This document shows, piece by piece, positions 18,119 through 28,652 of a stretch of DNA of 56,079 bases. Positions within the stretch are counted from its first letter, which is position 1, and the number at the start of each line of letters is the position of its first letter. Below the pieces are notes generated by a model. It made no database searches, was not told where the DNA came from, and saw nothing but the letters and a program-made list of their open reading frames with translations. This DNA is from a virus (lineage: Duplodnaviria; Caudoviricetes), in IMG/VR virus record IMGVR_UViG_3300044953_000549, positions 1-56,079 of that record. One strand, written 5' to 3'. The position numbers were made by a program, and so were the translations under genes.

Positions 18119-20401
18119 TTAATACCTACTTGATATCTTCTGTATTTCTGTTTCATATTTTAATTTAGCTTCTTCCTCTGCCTGTTTTGTTTTCATTTTC
18201 TCTATTTCGAAATTCATTTGAGTTTTAAATGTTTCCGCTTCAATCTTATCATCAGCAATTTGTTTCTTAATAATATTTTCCTCACGTTTCTGCTCAATAT
18301 CAGCAGCAAGTAGAGCATTAGGATCAAGTGATTGTTCTCCTTCACCCTGATCTACCTTATTTAATCCAAGAGCTTCAATAGCCGCAGCAGCTCTTGATGC
18401 CAGTTCATACTGCAACTCCTGATCATCCTCAGGTACTTGAGATAAATCAATACCCATCTCATTCTGCATCTGAAGCATGAATTTTAATGCCATATGTTCC
18501 TGAATATGTGCCGCCGACTGTTCATTTTGTACAGCTGAATGAACAACAATATGAGCATCATGATTCTGCTGGATACCTGCTTTTACCGGTTTACCTTGCA
18601 TCAGATTCATATTCTCGGTTATTGGATCTGCTGGTTCTATTTCCTGTTCTTTAGTTACAAGACGTTCTATTTCCTCATTACTTAAACCTTGAGCAGCAAA
18701 TACCATCTTAAGTGCTTCAAAAGCATCTACTTTCTCCGGCATTTGCATAGCAGTCTGGAATACAGCTTCCGCCTTCATTATACGTTGCACGGTAGAATTA
18801 ACGGAAGGATCGGATACCGGAACTATCTGAACATCAGCAACAAAATCATCGGCCGTTATTATTCTTTTTTCTCCTTTAATAAAGAATTCTTCTTTTACCA
18901 GAACTTCCGCAAACATCTCATCCAGTAATTTAAGTTCTTCGGATAATGAATTATGTAGTGATTTTAAAACAGCTGCCTGTATTCTATTTTTCTCTTCCAG
19001 AAAGGCAACGGCCGTTCCTGTTGGTATATCTTCTTTTGAGTCCATCATACCAAGCTCTGACGCTGATAATCTATCCTGCATCTGTGATATCATATCACCT
19101 CTTAAATCAAGCAATGCCTGAGATGGACCTCCAAAAGGAAGAATAGCAAAATCAGATCTTATATCACCACCGGCAGAAGAAGGTAACTGCTTGAATGTAC
19201 CGGGAGATAATCTAATGTCGGTATTATCCATTTTAGTGCCTTTATAGAAACCTGAAGGAAGATTCTGATATGTAGCTGAGTCAATAGTCAATCTTAACAT
19301 TTTAGTGGCAGCTACGGCGTTATTAGCTGACATTCTTGCTATACCCTGACCCCATATATCAAATCCGGTATAATATTGATAACCGATAAAGAATCTTCTT
19401 CGTTTCTGTTTTTTATCTGATTGATGCCAGTTACGTTCTATTCTAAGTATTTTACGACTTTCCTTATCTATAAAAACAATATAAGGAAGAATATTACGAT
19501 TTTTTTTATCTTTTGTTTTCGATTGTCTCTTTTCGTTGTAATAATCAAGGTCAAGATCAATATGGGACTCATAGACATCATGCAAAGATCTTTCCTTGTA
19601 CACATTAATATCAACAAGTCCTCCTGAATTATCTGTAGTTGTATTATTTATATCTGATGTCCAGTCTATTTTAGTGTAAGGTAATTCAACATCCCTAAAT
19701 ACTCCTGACTTCTGACGGGATAGTATATCTCTTGTAGATAATTTAAGTATATGAGTAAGACGGTTTGAGTCCATAATTGTGCTACAATCAATATTAACCA
19801 GGAAATTATCTGGTAATATGAATCTGCTTATCGGCATACCAAGCAACTCATCATAACAGACCTTACGTATAACAGTCCCGTAGAATCCAAGATAATATAG
19901 GAATTTTTCATAATCCTTATAATATTCTTCATCTCTTACAGTTAGATAGTAATTAAGCCAGCTACTTCTATTGGTTGCTATATCCTCCATGGATCTTGAA
20001 TCCTGTCCGAACACCTTAAATCCAGCAGGGCCGCTCTCAGGCAATAACTCAGCTCTAGCAATAGCGGTAAAACGAACAAGAGCAGTACCGAGAGTCCCGT
20101 CAACAACAAGTGAATTCTCATTTTCTTTTGAAATATCATCACATTTATCACCCGTAAAAGTCATTAAATCTTTATGTAACTTCAACCATGGATCTCTTGC
20201 TTTTACATCATCTTCAAGAGCTGCTAGAATATAGGCGGATAACTTATTTAACGATTCTTCTGACATTTTACGTGATAAATCAGAATGAAAATCGTCTTTT
20301 TCCTTATCCATAAAATCATACACGGTAGACCCATCCGGTAATTGCTCCGACATCTCAAGCCTGCCGTATTCTCCTACATCAATAACATCATTATTCTTCA
20401 T
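18119..20401 (-). CDS. portal protein (P22-like)
   Basis: 760 aa directly after TerL; AELLPESGP, YLGFYG...KV.YD, PTGTAVAFLE, PVSDP, PITENM..MQGKP, QNHDAHI. Confidence 0.85.
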   Translation of the reverse strand: MKNNDVIDVGEYGRLEMSEQLPDGSTVYDFMDKEKDDFHSDLSRKMSEESLNKLSAYILAALEDDVKARDPWLKLHKDLMTFTGDKCDDISKENENSLVVDGTLGTALVRFTAIARAELLPESGPAGFKVFGQDSRSMEDIATNRSSWLNYYLTVRDEEYYKDYEKFLYYLGFYGTVIRKVCYDELLGMPISRFILPDNFLVNIDCSTIMDSNRLTHILKLSTRDILSRQKSGVFRDVELPYTKIDWTSDINNTTTDNSGGLVDINVYKERSLHDVYESHIDLDLDYYNEKRQSKTKDKKNRNILPYIVFIDKESRKILRIERNWHQSDKKQKRRRFFIGYQYYTGFDIWGQGIARMSANNAVAATKMLRLTIDSATYQNLPSGFYKGTKMDNTDIRLSPGTFKQLPSSAGGDIRSDFAILPFGGPSQALLDLRGDMISQMQDRLSASELGMMDSKEDIPTGTAVAFLEEKNRIQAAVLKSLHNSLSEELKLLDEMFAEVLVKEEFFIKGEKRIITADDFVADVQIVPVSDPSVNSTVQRIMKAEAVFQTAMQMPEKVDAFEALKMVFAAQGLSNEEIERLVTKEQEIEPADPITENMNLMQGKPVKAGIQQNHDAHIVVHSAVQNEQSAAHIQEHMALKFMLQMQNEMGIDLSQVPEDDQELQYELASRAAAAIEALGLNKVDQGEGEQSLDPNALLAADIEQKREENIIKKQIADDKIEAETFKTQMNFEIEKMKTKQAEEEAKLKYETEIQKISSRY

Positions 20402-20459
20402 ATTCCGGATAACTCTTATTTATTTGTAATCAATTCCGATTTTAACATAATCCAACAAT

Positions 20460-22511
20460 TTAATATATAATATTGCTTCTAATTGATTCATCATCTGGTT
20501 CAACATAATCTCCAGGATTCATCAATCTGCCAAGATTCCTTAAAACTATTAACGCTTGTGTCATTGTATCTACATAATCAAGAGATCTTGGATTAGGGAA
20601 ATATGATACTTCATTAATAAAATTCTTGGCGAAAGGTGCAGGTTCGTAGATATCAACAGATTTATCGATATCCAGCGGCATCCAAACCATTCCCCCTTCT
20701 ATTAAAGGTGTTATAAGTCTTACTCTTTGAAGTTTATCTCCATGTTTATTAGGTACAAAAGGCTCTGCAAACACTCCTCCCCTATTTAAATCAGCTATTA
20801 ACGGATCTCCTGAAGCTTTCGCTTCTATTATTATTCTATCAGGAGCATTAAACGGGTTATATTCAAGAGTTTCATATCCAGTATCCATATAATTCACCGA
20901 TAACCTCTTAACTCTTTCCCTCAGCTCAGGATATTCAAGTCTATCACGCCAGCAGGAAATCAAAATAACGTTGGTATTATCATATTTATCCCTAAAAATC
21001 CCCCATGTAGTACAAGCTGAATAAGCTGAACTTTCCTTAGCTGTAAGTGCCGTATCCCAGCTTTGCAATACATATTCAAATCTAGGTAACTGAGAGTGTT
21101 TATAAACCCTGAACCAGTGTTTCTTTATAATACCACCTTCAAGAGGTGCAGGTCTTTGCTGATACAGTGCCGCATAATCATACGATCCAAGCTCTTTTTT
21201 TAATTTTTCTACTTCCGATTGATCCATTCTCTCGGTAAGCAGCTCGCCTTCTTCCGTTCTTATGTCCTTCCAGATACCCATATATTTACTCGTTAATGTA
21301 TCATCAACAAAATCAGGCAAATAAACAGTTGGAACTACATATTCCTTCTCAAATTCAAGAGGAAGTATCAATTTTACCCATTCGTTCTTTATATCATTCT
21401 GTATTACATAACCAGATACATCAAGTTCATTACCTCTTTGCTGTACAAGTATTCTACATGTGCGTGATTCCTCATTAAGTATTACCCTGTTATACCATTT
21501 AAGAGACCACCATTTGTTGGTAGATTCCTGAATCACTTCCGACTCTCCTCCTACTGCATTAGGATCATCGCAATTATGGACAAGGATATTATTAGCGAAA
21601 TAATTGTTATTCCCTTCTATCTCTAAATTATAGACATATTCAGGTACAATATTCTGTTTACTTACAAATTTAACAATAACCTCATGTAAATGATTGTTAA
21701 TATTATATAAACATCTATCATATTCTTTTATATCTTTTATATGCTTATAACCAAAACCAGCAACATATACAGGATGTTCTTCAGTAGCTTCAATTTCAAT
21801 ACCATTTTGAAAAGCACAAACATATAATTTTAATTTATATGTTGTTTTACCTTCATGTTTATAATATTTAATAATTTTTTTATATTCTGTAGTATTTAAT
21901 TTATGATTATAAGTTAATATTTTAATATCAAGTTTATTATCTACTATATAACCTATATTAAATTCCCCATAAATAGTGGATACTTTTGTCTCATATGGTA
22001 TACAAATTAATATACTACCACCTTTTCCGATTACCGAAGATGTAACGGATGTTGAATATCGATAACCTTTCTTATCATTAACAAAATACCCTTTAGCGTT
22101 CTGATCTGATCTAAGCTTAAATCTATCACCCCATCTGGATTTAAACCAATCAGACATTAAAAGCAGTCTACTCTTGTCTGCGATATCTAGCGATAATCCG
22201 TTTGTTATAGAAGAACATAGAAATTTCTCGTTAGGGTTATGGATCCAAACCCATGCAGGAAACGCAACAGATATCAAACTAGTTTTTCCGAGACGAGGTG
22301 GAACGTTTATAAGTAGATTGGTGATTCTTCTATAATAAACATTCTCCAGATGTTCCGCTATAACCCGCAAAAACCATTCATCCGAAAAATAACCTGATCC
22401 GTCTATAATAGGTAAAGCCTGTTTATAGAACTCATACAAAGAGCTTTCAGCAAGAATTTTCAATCTTTCTTCATCGTCCTGCGGTAATAAAAGATCTGTG
22501 TATTTAATCAT
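20460..22511 (-). CDS. terL: terminase large subunit (intein-containing)
   Basis: LLINVPPRLGKT Walker A; Walker B ILI|CDDP; YQQRP; QSWDTA; IEAKASG; DYVDTMTQA. Confidence 0.95.
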   Translation of the reverse strand: MIKYTDLLLPQDDEERLKILAESSLYEFYKQALPIIDGSGYFSDEWFLRVIAEHLENVYYRRITNLLINVPPRLGKTSLISVAFPAWVWIHNPNEKFLCSSITNGLSLDIADKSRLLLMSDWFKSRWGDRFKLRSDQNAKGYFVNDKKGYRYSTSVTSSVIGKGGSILICIPYETKVSTIYGEFNIGYIVDNKLDIKILTYNHKLNTTEYKKIIKYYKHEGKTTYKLKLYVCAFQNGIEIEATEEHPVYVAGFGYKHIKDIKEYDRCLYNINNHLHEVIVKFVSKQNIVPEYVYNLEIEGNNNYFANNILVHNCDDPNAVGGESEVIQESTNKWWSLKWYNRVILNEESRTCRILVQQRGNELDVSGYVIQNDIKNEWVKLILPLEFEKEYVVPTVYLPDFVDDTLTSKYMGIWKDIRTEEGELLTERMDQSEVEKLKKELGSYDYAALYQQRPAPLEGGIIKKHWFRVYKHSQLPRFEYVLQSWDTALTAKESSAYSACTTWGIFRDKYDNTNVILISCWRDRLEYPELRERVKRLSVNYMDTGYETLEYNPFNAPDRIIIEAKASGDPLIADLNRGGVFAEPFVPNKHGDKLQRVRLITPLIEGGMVWMPLDIDKSVDIYEPAPFAKNFINEVSYFPNPRSLDYVDTMTQALIVLRNLGRLMNPGDYVEPDDESIRSNIIY
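21573..22004 (-). mobile_element. 144-aa mini-intein without homing endonuclease, in TerL Walker B
   Basis: Starts CIPYETKV; block B ATEEHP; ends VYNLEIEGNNNYFANNILVHN followed by Cys. Confidence 0.93.
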
Positions 22512-22513
22512 TG

Positions 22514-22876
22514 TTAATTTTTAATAACATTAATAATTATTAAACTTTTCTCTATTGTCTGTAGTTTCTCAAATATCTCATTTATTACTGACGCAGGAAG
22601 TAACTCAGTTGAATTATATGTGCGAGTATCCTTAGTCATACGAGTGAAGTTATACTTGAATACATTTACTTCTGAAAGCAACGTGTGTATATCGGGTTTT
22701 GTCTTACGTATTACATCTGTGTATCTATCCTTTATATTAGTTTTATCTGATACAAGAAAATTATTATCTGTCTCTGATATTCTTATATGATCATCCAGCA
22801 ATTCTTTTATATCGTAAATAAACGTTAATATATCCTTGTAATCATCAATAAATTTTAGATGTTGTTCTTTATTCAT
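22514..22876 (-). CDS. hypothetical protein
   Basis: 120-aa ORF with AAGGTAAAA RBS. Confidence 0.6.
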   Translation of the reverse strand: MNKEQHLKFIDDYKDILTFIYDIKELLDDHIRISETDNNFLVSDKTNIKDRYTDVIRKTKPDIHTLLSEVNVFKYNFTRMTKDTRTYNSTELLPASVINEIFEKLQTIEKSLIIINVIKN

Positions 22877-22887
22877 TTTTACCTTTT

Positions 22888-23394
22888 CTATAATCTATTA
22901 GCTTCATAAGCCCAGTTGATACGCTCCATCTCTTCATCGTATCCGTTCTTTTCCTTTATATATGCAAGTACTTCATCGCTTATATTAGAGAAGTAGTGCA
23001 TTAATCTAATTGCCCTAAGTCTTATATATTTCTGTTCTCTGGTCTCTATGTATTTACTAGATAATCCAATAGACTTATTCTGCTCCTGTATTAGTTCATT
23101 ATATATCTCTACGGCTTTTGTCCTACCTTGTAATGTCTGTTCTCTTAGAGACTGCTTGAATTCAATATTGGCAGCAACCTTACCCTTCTCATACGCATGT
23201 AATATCGCATCATTACTATGTATCAATTCCTTGAATTCATGCACATCAAAATCAAGAGCAACTGCAATCTCTTCAATGGATAGATTGTTTGATGCCATTT
23301 GTGTTATATGCTTCAGGAATTCCTTTATTTCCTCTTTATTCATTGCTTCCTTATTAAGTAATATACCAATTATCCTAATATGTTCAGTATCCAT
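22888..23394 (-). CDS. terminase small subunit (putative, HTH)
   Basis: LSIEEIAVALDFD HTH, then AYEKGK...SL..Q; upstream of TerL. Confidence 0.6.
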   Translation of the reverse strand: MDTEHIRIIGILLNKEAMNKEEIKEFLKHITQMASNNLSIEEIAVALDFDVHEFKELIHSNDAILHAYEKGKVAANIEFKQSLREQTLQGRTKAVEIYNELIQEQNKSIGLSSKYIETREQKYIRLRAIRLMHYFSNISDEVLAYIKEKNGYDEEMERINWAYEANRL

Positions 23395-23993
23395 TAATCT
23401 TTAATTAACAGTTCTTTTATATCTTTTAATTTTCCTTTGAATTTATCAACATTATTTAATCTGTTATCATTAACACTTTTTAACTCAAGTTCTGTTTCAA
23501 AAGATGGTATCTTGAAAGTGTCTGTTATTATCTTGGATATTCTTATATCTCTTCCCGTTAATACATGTTCGGAATTATTCTTGATATTACGTTCAATATT
23601 CTTTTTAGTGGATGCAATAAGTAAGACTACAACTTCAAGCCAATTTTGAGCTGCTACACTCTTTTTATCCTTATAATCAAGCTTTCTAAAATTACTTATA
23701 AGCTCCCGTGCTTCCTTACGGGTTATAAAGTCTTCTGGTTCCTGTTCTCCTACAGTAAGGGCAACAGATTCATCTACAATACACTCTCTCTTATGTCTTA
23801 ATATATGATAATGACTAAGTAGACTTATATCTTCAATCAGTATACTAAATTCAAATTTAAGTTGTTCTTTTTGATAATCATTAAAACCTAGTTTATATTC
23901 ATTTTGAATAAAACTATTAAATTTATCAATCTGGGAAATATCCCAATCATATTTATTAAATAATCTACATATATCACAATTAATACTAATCAT
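23394..23993 (-). CDS. hypothetical protein
   Basis: 199-aa ORF, translationally coupled to its neighbours. Confidence 0.6.
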   Translation of the reverse strand: MISINCDICRLFNKYDWDISQIDKFNSFIQNEYKLGFNDYQKEQLKFEFSILIEDISLLSHYHILRHKRECIVDESVALTVGEQEPEDFITRKEARELISNFRKLDYKDKKSVAAQNWLEVVVLLIASTKKNIERNIKNNSEHVLTGRDIRISKIITDTFKIPSFETELELKSVNDNRLNNVDKFKGKLKDIKELLIKD

Positions 23994-24204
23994 TTAATAT
24001 TTTATATTCCTTACATTTATCATAAAAACAATTACGCAGGACATCACTAAGACTTAAACGACCGCATCCATAACCTTTACGCATTATATCTCTTAATTTA
24101 TAAAGAGATACAACCTCATTCTTTGTAAATCTTGCAGAATATACACTAGTAGTTTCAGCTTTATAATTCTTTGTTGATGTCTTATTTTCTTTCATCACCA
24201 TCAA
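23986..24204 (-). CDS. possible RHH-type DNA-binding protein
   Basis: SVYSARFT...LSLSDVLRNC strand-helix-helix pattern. Confidence 0.4.
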   Translation of the reverse strand: MMVMKENKTSTKNYKAETTSVYSARFTKNEVVSLYKLRDIMRKGYGCGRLSLSDVLRNCFYDKCKEYKILND

Positions 24205-24373
24205 GAATAAATCTTATTCCATCTATACTATTTGATAAATCGGTTATTCTTTCGGCTAAATTCTGAACTATCATCTCAAGCTTATCAACTTTATTTATTA
24301 AACCTTTATTAATTTTACTATACAATAAATTGTTGTCAGCATTAAAATCTGTTGGTAATGGATTAACTTGCAT
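24182..24373 (-). CDS. small coiled-coil hypothetical protein, first gene of the leftward operon
   Basis: 63-aa ORF downstream of a promoter. Confidence 0.5.
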   Translation of the reverse strand: MQVNPLPTDFNADNNLLYSKINKGLINKVDKLEMIVQNLAERITDLSNSIDGIRFILDGDERK

Positions 24374-24392
24374 ATCTATTTAATATATTAAT

Positions 24393-24433
24393 TTGTCTAC
24401 AATACATATATAACAGTATACTAAATTAGTCAA
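24393..24433 (-). promoter_or_regulatory. leftward promoter with TTGT-N2-ACAA operator near +1
   Basis: TTGACT at 24433-24428, TGnTATATA-type -10, TTGTAGACAA at 24402-24393. Confidence 0.55.
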
Positions 24434-24503
24434 CTAATTATACATAAACGACATTATGACAAATTATAAATACAGGAAATCTTTGGATGATTATAAGAAG
24501 TAT

Positions 24504-24643
24504 TAGAAATAAAAAAAAGAACCTTGAATGACTAAGGTTCTTTTTATTTTGATTTATATATGCTTTTTTCTTTTTAAAAAGAAAAAAAACAACAGATTAA
24601 CTTTTATGATAACCACAATATAACATAAAACATACACTGTCAA
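24504..24643 (-). ncRNA. predicted small RNA A (promoter, ~100-nt body, terminator)
   Basis: TTGACA plus TGnTATATT; 48 bp identical (inverted) to 32002-32049; GAACCTT-loop-AAGGTTC-T8 terminator; no ORF. Confidence 0.55.
24514..24545. terminator. bidirectional intrinsic terminator, copy 1
   Basis: AAAAAGAACCTT-GAATGACT-AAGGTTCTTTTT. Confidence 0.8.
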
Positions 24644-25005
24644 TCTCATAAATATAAAAAAAATATTATCTGCAAGAATAACGTTCGTTTTCTAGATAGT
24701 TTAAAAGTTATCTATTTAAAATCTATAAATTATACAATAACTCATTCCAGTAATCTAAATAAGATTGACCTTATTGTTTTACCTTTTCTTGCGGAAACTA
24801 GAAATTCAACTAATAGGATTTCCTTGTAAAAACTAGAAATTCAATTAACACGATAAATATTTTCATAAAAATTTTTTTATTTCTAAAATTTTTATCTACT
24901 GAAAATTTTCTATAAATCTGAATTTTGAAATTTATAGATATTTTTAACTTAGGTTAAGTTTATATCTTAAATATAGTTTAAACGAGTTTTAAATATGTTT
25001 TTAGA

Positions 25006-25053
25006 AGGATATTTATATTTAATAGGGAATCATCCATTAAATATAAATATCCT
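25006..25053. repeat. 18-bp perfect inverted repeat
   Basis: AGGATATTTATATTTAAT-12 nt-ATTAAATATAAATATCCT. Confidence 0.85.
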
Positions 25054-25128
25054 ATTTAAAATTAAAATATGGAAGGTTTTTTACCTAAAAATATACTACG
25101 TATATTTTTAATTCAAAATAAAAAATGT

Positions 25129-25775
25129 GGTCGGTTACTATTTTGATATTTATTAGGTTTTCAATATACCGCAACACCTTTATTTATAAGGCTTGCAAGG
25201 CTAAACACAAAAAAATTCAAAATTTTTGTAACCGACCAAAAGTTATAAAACGACCTAGTAACCGACCTACCCCAACGCCTTATGCAACAAGGTGTTGAAG
25301 GGGTATGGTCGGTTACTGAGCTATTTTTCGCCTATAATATATAAATAAATATATAATATTACCTGTTCTTTTTATTACTATATTTTCTCTCTTTTTATAT
25401 TTTTTTCTTCTTAAATATATAAATATTACTTACCTTACCGACCTTATATATTTGAAAAGTATATATAATAAGGGTTTATAATAGGTCGTTTAGTTGGTCG
25501 TTTACTAGGTCGTCGGTCGTTTCAAAAATAGCAAAAATTCCGGGGTCAAAAACCAATTTTTTATACCCTTGAACACCAGTTGTTCACTGGCTTTGAAGGC
25601 TTTTTCATACACCCCGCAAACCCAGTACCCACCGTTGAGAAAAAAAAACACTAAAAAAGCGTAAATTTTGAATAATTTTAGACATATAAAAAAACTAATA
25701 AGTTTTTTTATATCATATTTCTCATAATTTGTCAAATATCCTCCAATCCTTGTTGTATTAAAGGGTTTGAGGGGA
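25129..25775. repeat. iteron array 1 (GGTCGGTTACT/GGTCG cores), putative replication origin
   Basis: About 10 GGTCG/CGACC cores in both orientations (25129-25522) around an AT-rich core, with interspersed imperfect CCTT...AAGG palindromes. Confidence 0.65.
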
Positions 25776-25960
25776 AAATAATAACCTACTATTTTAATCA
25801 ACTATCTATTTTATAAAAGATAAAATGTTAATATATTACTAAAACAGTTAACTATTATTAATAAAAATTCACCCAACCTTTGCATCATAGATAAAATAAC
25901 ACTTTTAATAGAAATTAAAACTAACTATAACAACTAAACATAACAAAAATATCACACTAA

Positions 25961-26020
25961 TAATATTTTGTAGACAATTTAATATTTATTGTTGACATAG
26001 TAAATTTCAACTAATAAGAT
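25961..26020 (+). promoter_or_regulatory. early promoter 1 with upstream TTGTAGACAA box
   Basis: TTGACA-17-TAAGAT; first 37 bp identical to 33411-33447. Confidence 0.8.
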
Positions 26021-26060
26021 ATAACTACGAACACAAAAACAATAACAAAAAGGTAAAATT

Positions 26061-26648
26061 ATGAACATAAACAGATATAACAAAATTCTAACTACATCAC
26101 CTTCAGGTTTGTATATTGAGCCGTTTTTCAAGTCTTACGATTTATTTCCATTGAATTTAAGTGAAAATTTATACAATGGTAATTTTGAAATAGAGATTCC
26201 GGATTTTATTATAGAAGCGGAACTGTTAGACAGATATTCAGATATATTTAGAAAATCCAAATTTAAAAGTCCGTACTGGCAAGACAGACTGACAGAGAAA
26301 CAGGAGGATGCTTATCATGAAGTTAGAAATGATCTTATAGGAGGAGCTTTAATATTAAACTCTGCTTGGCAAACTTTTAATTATGATGAGGGTATAGCAT
26401 ATCTTTGTGGGTTATTACCTTTTAAATTAACAGGTGATAATATAGATAAAGAGTTGTTGTCTTTATGGGGTTACGGAATGAATTTTAGTTACAAACTAGA
26501 AGCATATCAACTACTTGTAGATTGTTCTTATGATGAGAAAAGTTATTTTGCAAGTCAGGGGATTGAATACTTTGAAAAACACTACGGCTCTTCTTCCCTT
26601 GTTGTATGCGAGATAAGGAAGATGTTAGAGATACAAAAGGCAGCTTAA
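26061..26648 (+). CDS. early hypothetical protein
   Basis: 195 aa, AAGGTAAAATTATG leader. Confidence 0.75.
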   Translation: MNINRYNKILTTSPSGLYIEPFFKSYDLFPLNLSENLYNGNFEIEIPDFIIEAELLDRYSDIFRKSKFKSPYWQDRLTEKQEDAYHEVRNDLIGGALILNSAWQTFNYDEGIAYLCGLLPFKLTGDNIDKELLSLWGYGMNFSYKLEAYQLLVDCSYDEKSYFASQGIEYFEKHYGSSSLVVCEIRKMLEIQKAA

Positions 26649-26702
26649 AATTTAATTTACTTATGTAATGAATAGCAAAAACAACTAAAGAGGTAAAATA
26701 TT

Positions 26703-27071
26703 ATGTATACGCAATTTTCAAATATAACTGATTATATAGGTTGTAGATATGAATTAGAACTTAACAATAAAATCATAGGTAAATTTTATGGTCATCATGA
26801 TTTTAAAAAATTAGTAACATCTTATATTAGGTCTAGGGTAAGTGAATTATTAGAAAAACAAATTTTAGAGAACGATAATAATATTATTTATAGTATAAGA
26901 GTGAGAGATACAGAATTTTTAAATAAAAAAGTAGAACTTAGAGAAAAGGGAACTCCTTACAACATACCTAGTTACGTTAATGCGGGTAAATATGTAAGAA
27001 GTATTAAAAAGTATATGGGTAAAAATATCTTTCAATTAATTGATTTATTATCAATTACAATAAGAGAATAA
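26703..27071 (+). CDS. early hypothetical protein
   Basis: GAGGTAAAATATTATG leader. Confidence 0.7.
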   Translation: MYTQFSNITDYIGCRYELELNNKIIGKFYGHHDFKKLVTSYIRSRVSELLEKQILENDNNIIYSIRVRDTEFLNKKVELREKGTPYNIPSYVNAGKYVRSIKKYMGKNIFQLIDLLSITIRE

Positions 27072-27082
27072 AGGTTAATACC

Positions 27083-27343
27083 ATGAAAACAGAACTTGAT
27101 TTAGGTTACACATTAGAGATTTACGAAAAGGGTAATTACGGAACTGTAAAAAGAAAATATTTTGAAGATATGTTGGATTTAGTAACTTTTACAAATACGA
27201 AAGCAAGAAATTATAATACTGATTATATTATAGATGTTATTAACAAAACTGAATTTAAAACTAGGTATAAGGGTTGTATTCATACTTTTAATAGAAAAGT
27301 TAATGAAATATTAATACAAGGTGATTACAGCATAAACAACTAA
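27083..27343 (+). CDS. early hypothetical protein
   Basis: ORF with AAGGT RBS. Confidence 0.65.
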   Translation: MKTELDLGYTLEIYEKGNYGTVKRKYFEDMLDLVTFTNTKARNYNTDYIIDVINKTEFKTRYKGCIHTFNRKVNEILIQGDYSINN

Positions 27344-27360
27344 TAGAAAGGTAAAATATT

Positions 27361-27606
27361 ATGGAAAATGCTACACAAAAGATAGAAGAATACTTAAAAA
27401 ACTATTTTATAAGTCAACCTGCAATAAGTAAAAATGAAACGGATATACTAGCAAGTAATATAGTAATAATGCTTAAGAAAGATTTATCAAACACTATGTT
27501 TAAAGCTATTTCCAATATAATGAAATCTTGTATAGCTGAGGCTATGCTAGAGGATTATATAGAAAAATATAATAAAAAGGTGAAATATCATGAAAACAAA
27601 CAATAA
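27361..27606 (+). CDS. early hypothetical protein
   Basis: AAGGTAAAATATTATG leader. Confidence 0.65.
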   Translation: MENATQKIEEYLKNYFISQPAISKNETDILASNIVIMLKKDLSNTMFKAISNIMKSCIAEAMLEDYIEKYNKKVKYHENKQ

Positions 27607-27721
27607 CACAACAAATTTCAATACTGCTTTAGTTGAGTTGAATAGAGCATATAAAGATGGTTATATAACAAAAAGTGAATATGAAGAACAAAATGAGATA
27701 CTATTTTTAATATTAAACTAA
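27590..27721 (+). CDS. 43-aa SHOCT-like peptide
   Basis: LVELNRAYKDGYITKSEYEEQ resembles the SHOCT consensus; AAGGTGA RBS. Confidence 0.5.
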   Translation: MKTNNNTTNFNTALVELNRAYKDGYITKSEYEEQNEILFLILN

Positions 27722-27767
27722 TAATAAACACTAGAACAATCAATAATAATTAAATAGGTAAAATATT

Positions 27768-28043
27768 ATGTTTATAGATATATGGGACTTAGAGAATAAG
27801 GCAATTAAGATTAATAAATTCAATAAATATTATTACGAAGTTACGGGTAAAACGGGGTCTAAAATTGAATTTTCATCAACAGATGGTGGTTTTAATCAAG
27901 TATTATATTTTACTAGTATTGATGATTGTTTTAGGTTTTTATTTAGTGGAACATTCACTTACTTGTTTGATAGTGAAGATATAGACTACATACAAATAAA
28001 AGCAGGGAAATCTACAATATTCAAATATGATAATAGAGGTTAA
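27768..28043 (+). CDS. early hypothetical protein
   Basis: TAGGTAAAATATTATG leader. Confidence 0.65.
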   Translation: MFIDIWDLENKAIKINKFNKYYYEVTGKTGSKIEFSSTDGGFNQVLYFTSIDDCFRFLFSGTFTYLFDSEDIDYIQIKAGKSTIFKYDNRG

Positions 28044-28047
28044 TTAT

Positions 28048-28389
28048 ATGTACACAATAAACTTTTTTACATTAGACGAAATGTTTAATGACCATAAAAC
28101 TTTCATAGAAAACATGTTGAATTACGAGTTGAATTTATCATCTCTAGATGATGTAAAATCCTTTTTAGGTAGCGATTTTTATGAAAATGTTTATGAAAAC
28201 ATACTTGGGTTTACAGATGGAATTGTAATAACAGATGAAAATAATGAAGTAATCTATAAGGAAAGGTTTAATACAGATACTATATTTAACATACACACAG
28301 ATGAAGAAGGTAACATAATTTATAATGCAATAGAAGATGGTGAAAGTAATTATTTAATGGAAGACAAATATAAACTTTATTATAGGTAA
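28048..28389 (+). CDS. early hypothetical protein; intact paralog of the split gene at 31858-32980
   Basis: Start MYTINFF after GAGGT; YELNLSSLDDVKSFLGSDFY, GIVITDENNEVIYKE. Confidence 0.7.
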   Translation: MYTINFFTLDEMFNDHKTFIENMLNYELNLSSLDDVKSFLGSDFYENVYENILGFTDGIVITDENNEVIYKERFNTDTIFNIHTDEEGNIIYNAIEDGESNYLMEDKYKLYYR

Positions 28390-28394
28390 ATAAA

Positions 28395-28652
28395 ATGAAT
28401 AAAAACAGTAAAGGTAAGATAGAGATAACAGTTGATAAAACAGGTATGATACATCTAAATATTACAAATATGAGTAATACAAAAGTAGGAGCTATTATAG
28501 CAGCTACACTAGCACAATTAATACATACTGTAGGTACTAACGCTAATAAAACTCTAGGTGAAAGATTGGACTTTTTAATGAATGATATAGTACCTGATAT
28601 AAAGGATAATATACTTAAACTAGATAATGTATTTATGGATGAGCAATTATGA
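28395..28652 (+). CDS. early hypothetical protein
   Basis: ORF with AGGTAAA RBS; weak similarity to 33195..33407. Confidence 0.65.
   Translation: MNKNSKGKIEITVDKTGMIHLNITNMSNTKVGAIIAATLAQLIHTVGTNANKTLGERLDFLMNDIVPDIKDNILKLDNVFMDEQL

Noticed and set aside
25505-25801. 98-aa minus-strand ORF
   Set aside because: It runs through the repeat array, has no RBS and has an atypical composition; likely spurious
14937-25870. CtrA boxes (TTAA-N7-TTAA) at promoters
   Set aside because: The candidates inspected had 6-nt spacing, and TTAA is too frequent in this AT-rich DNA to be informative
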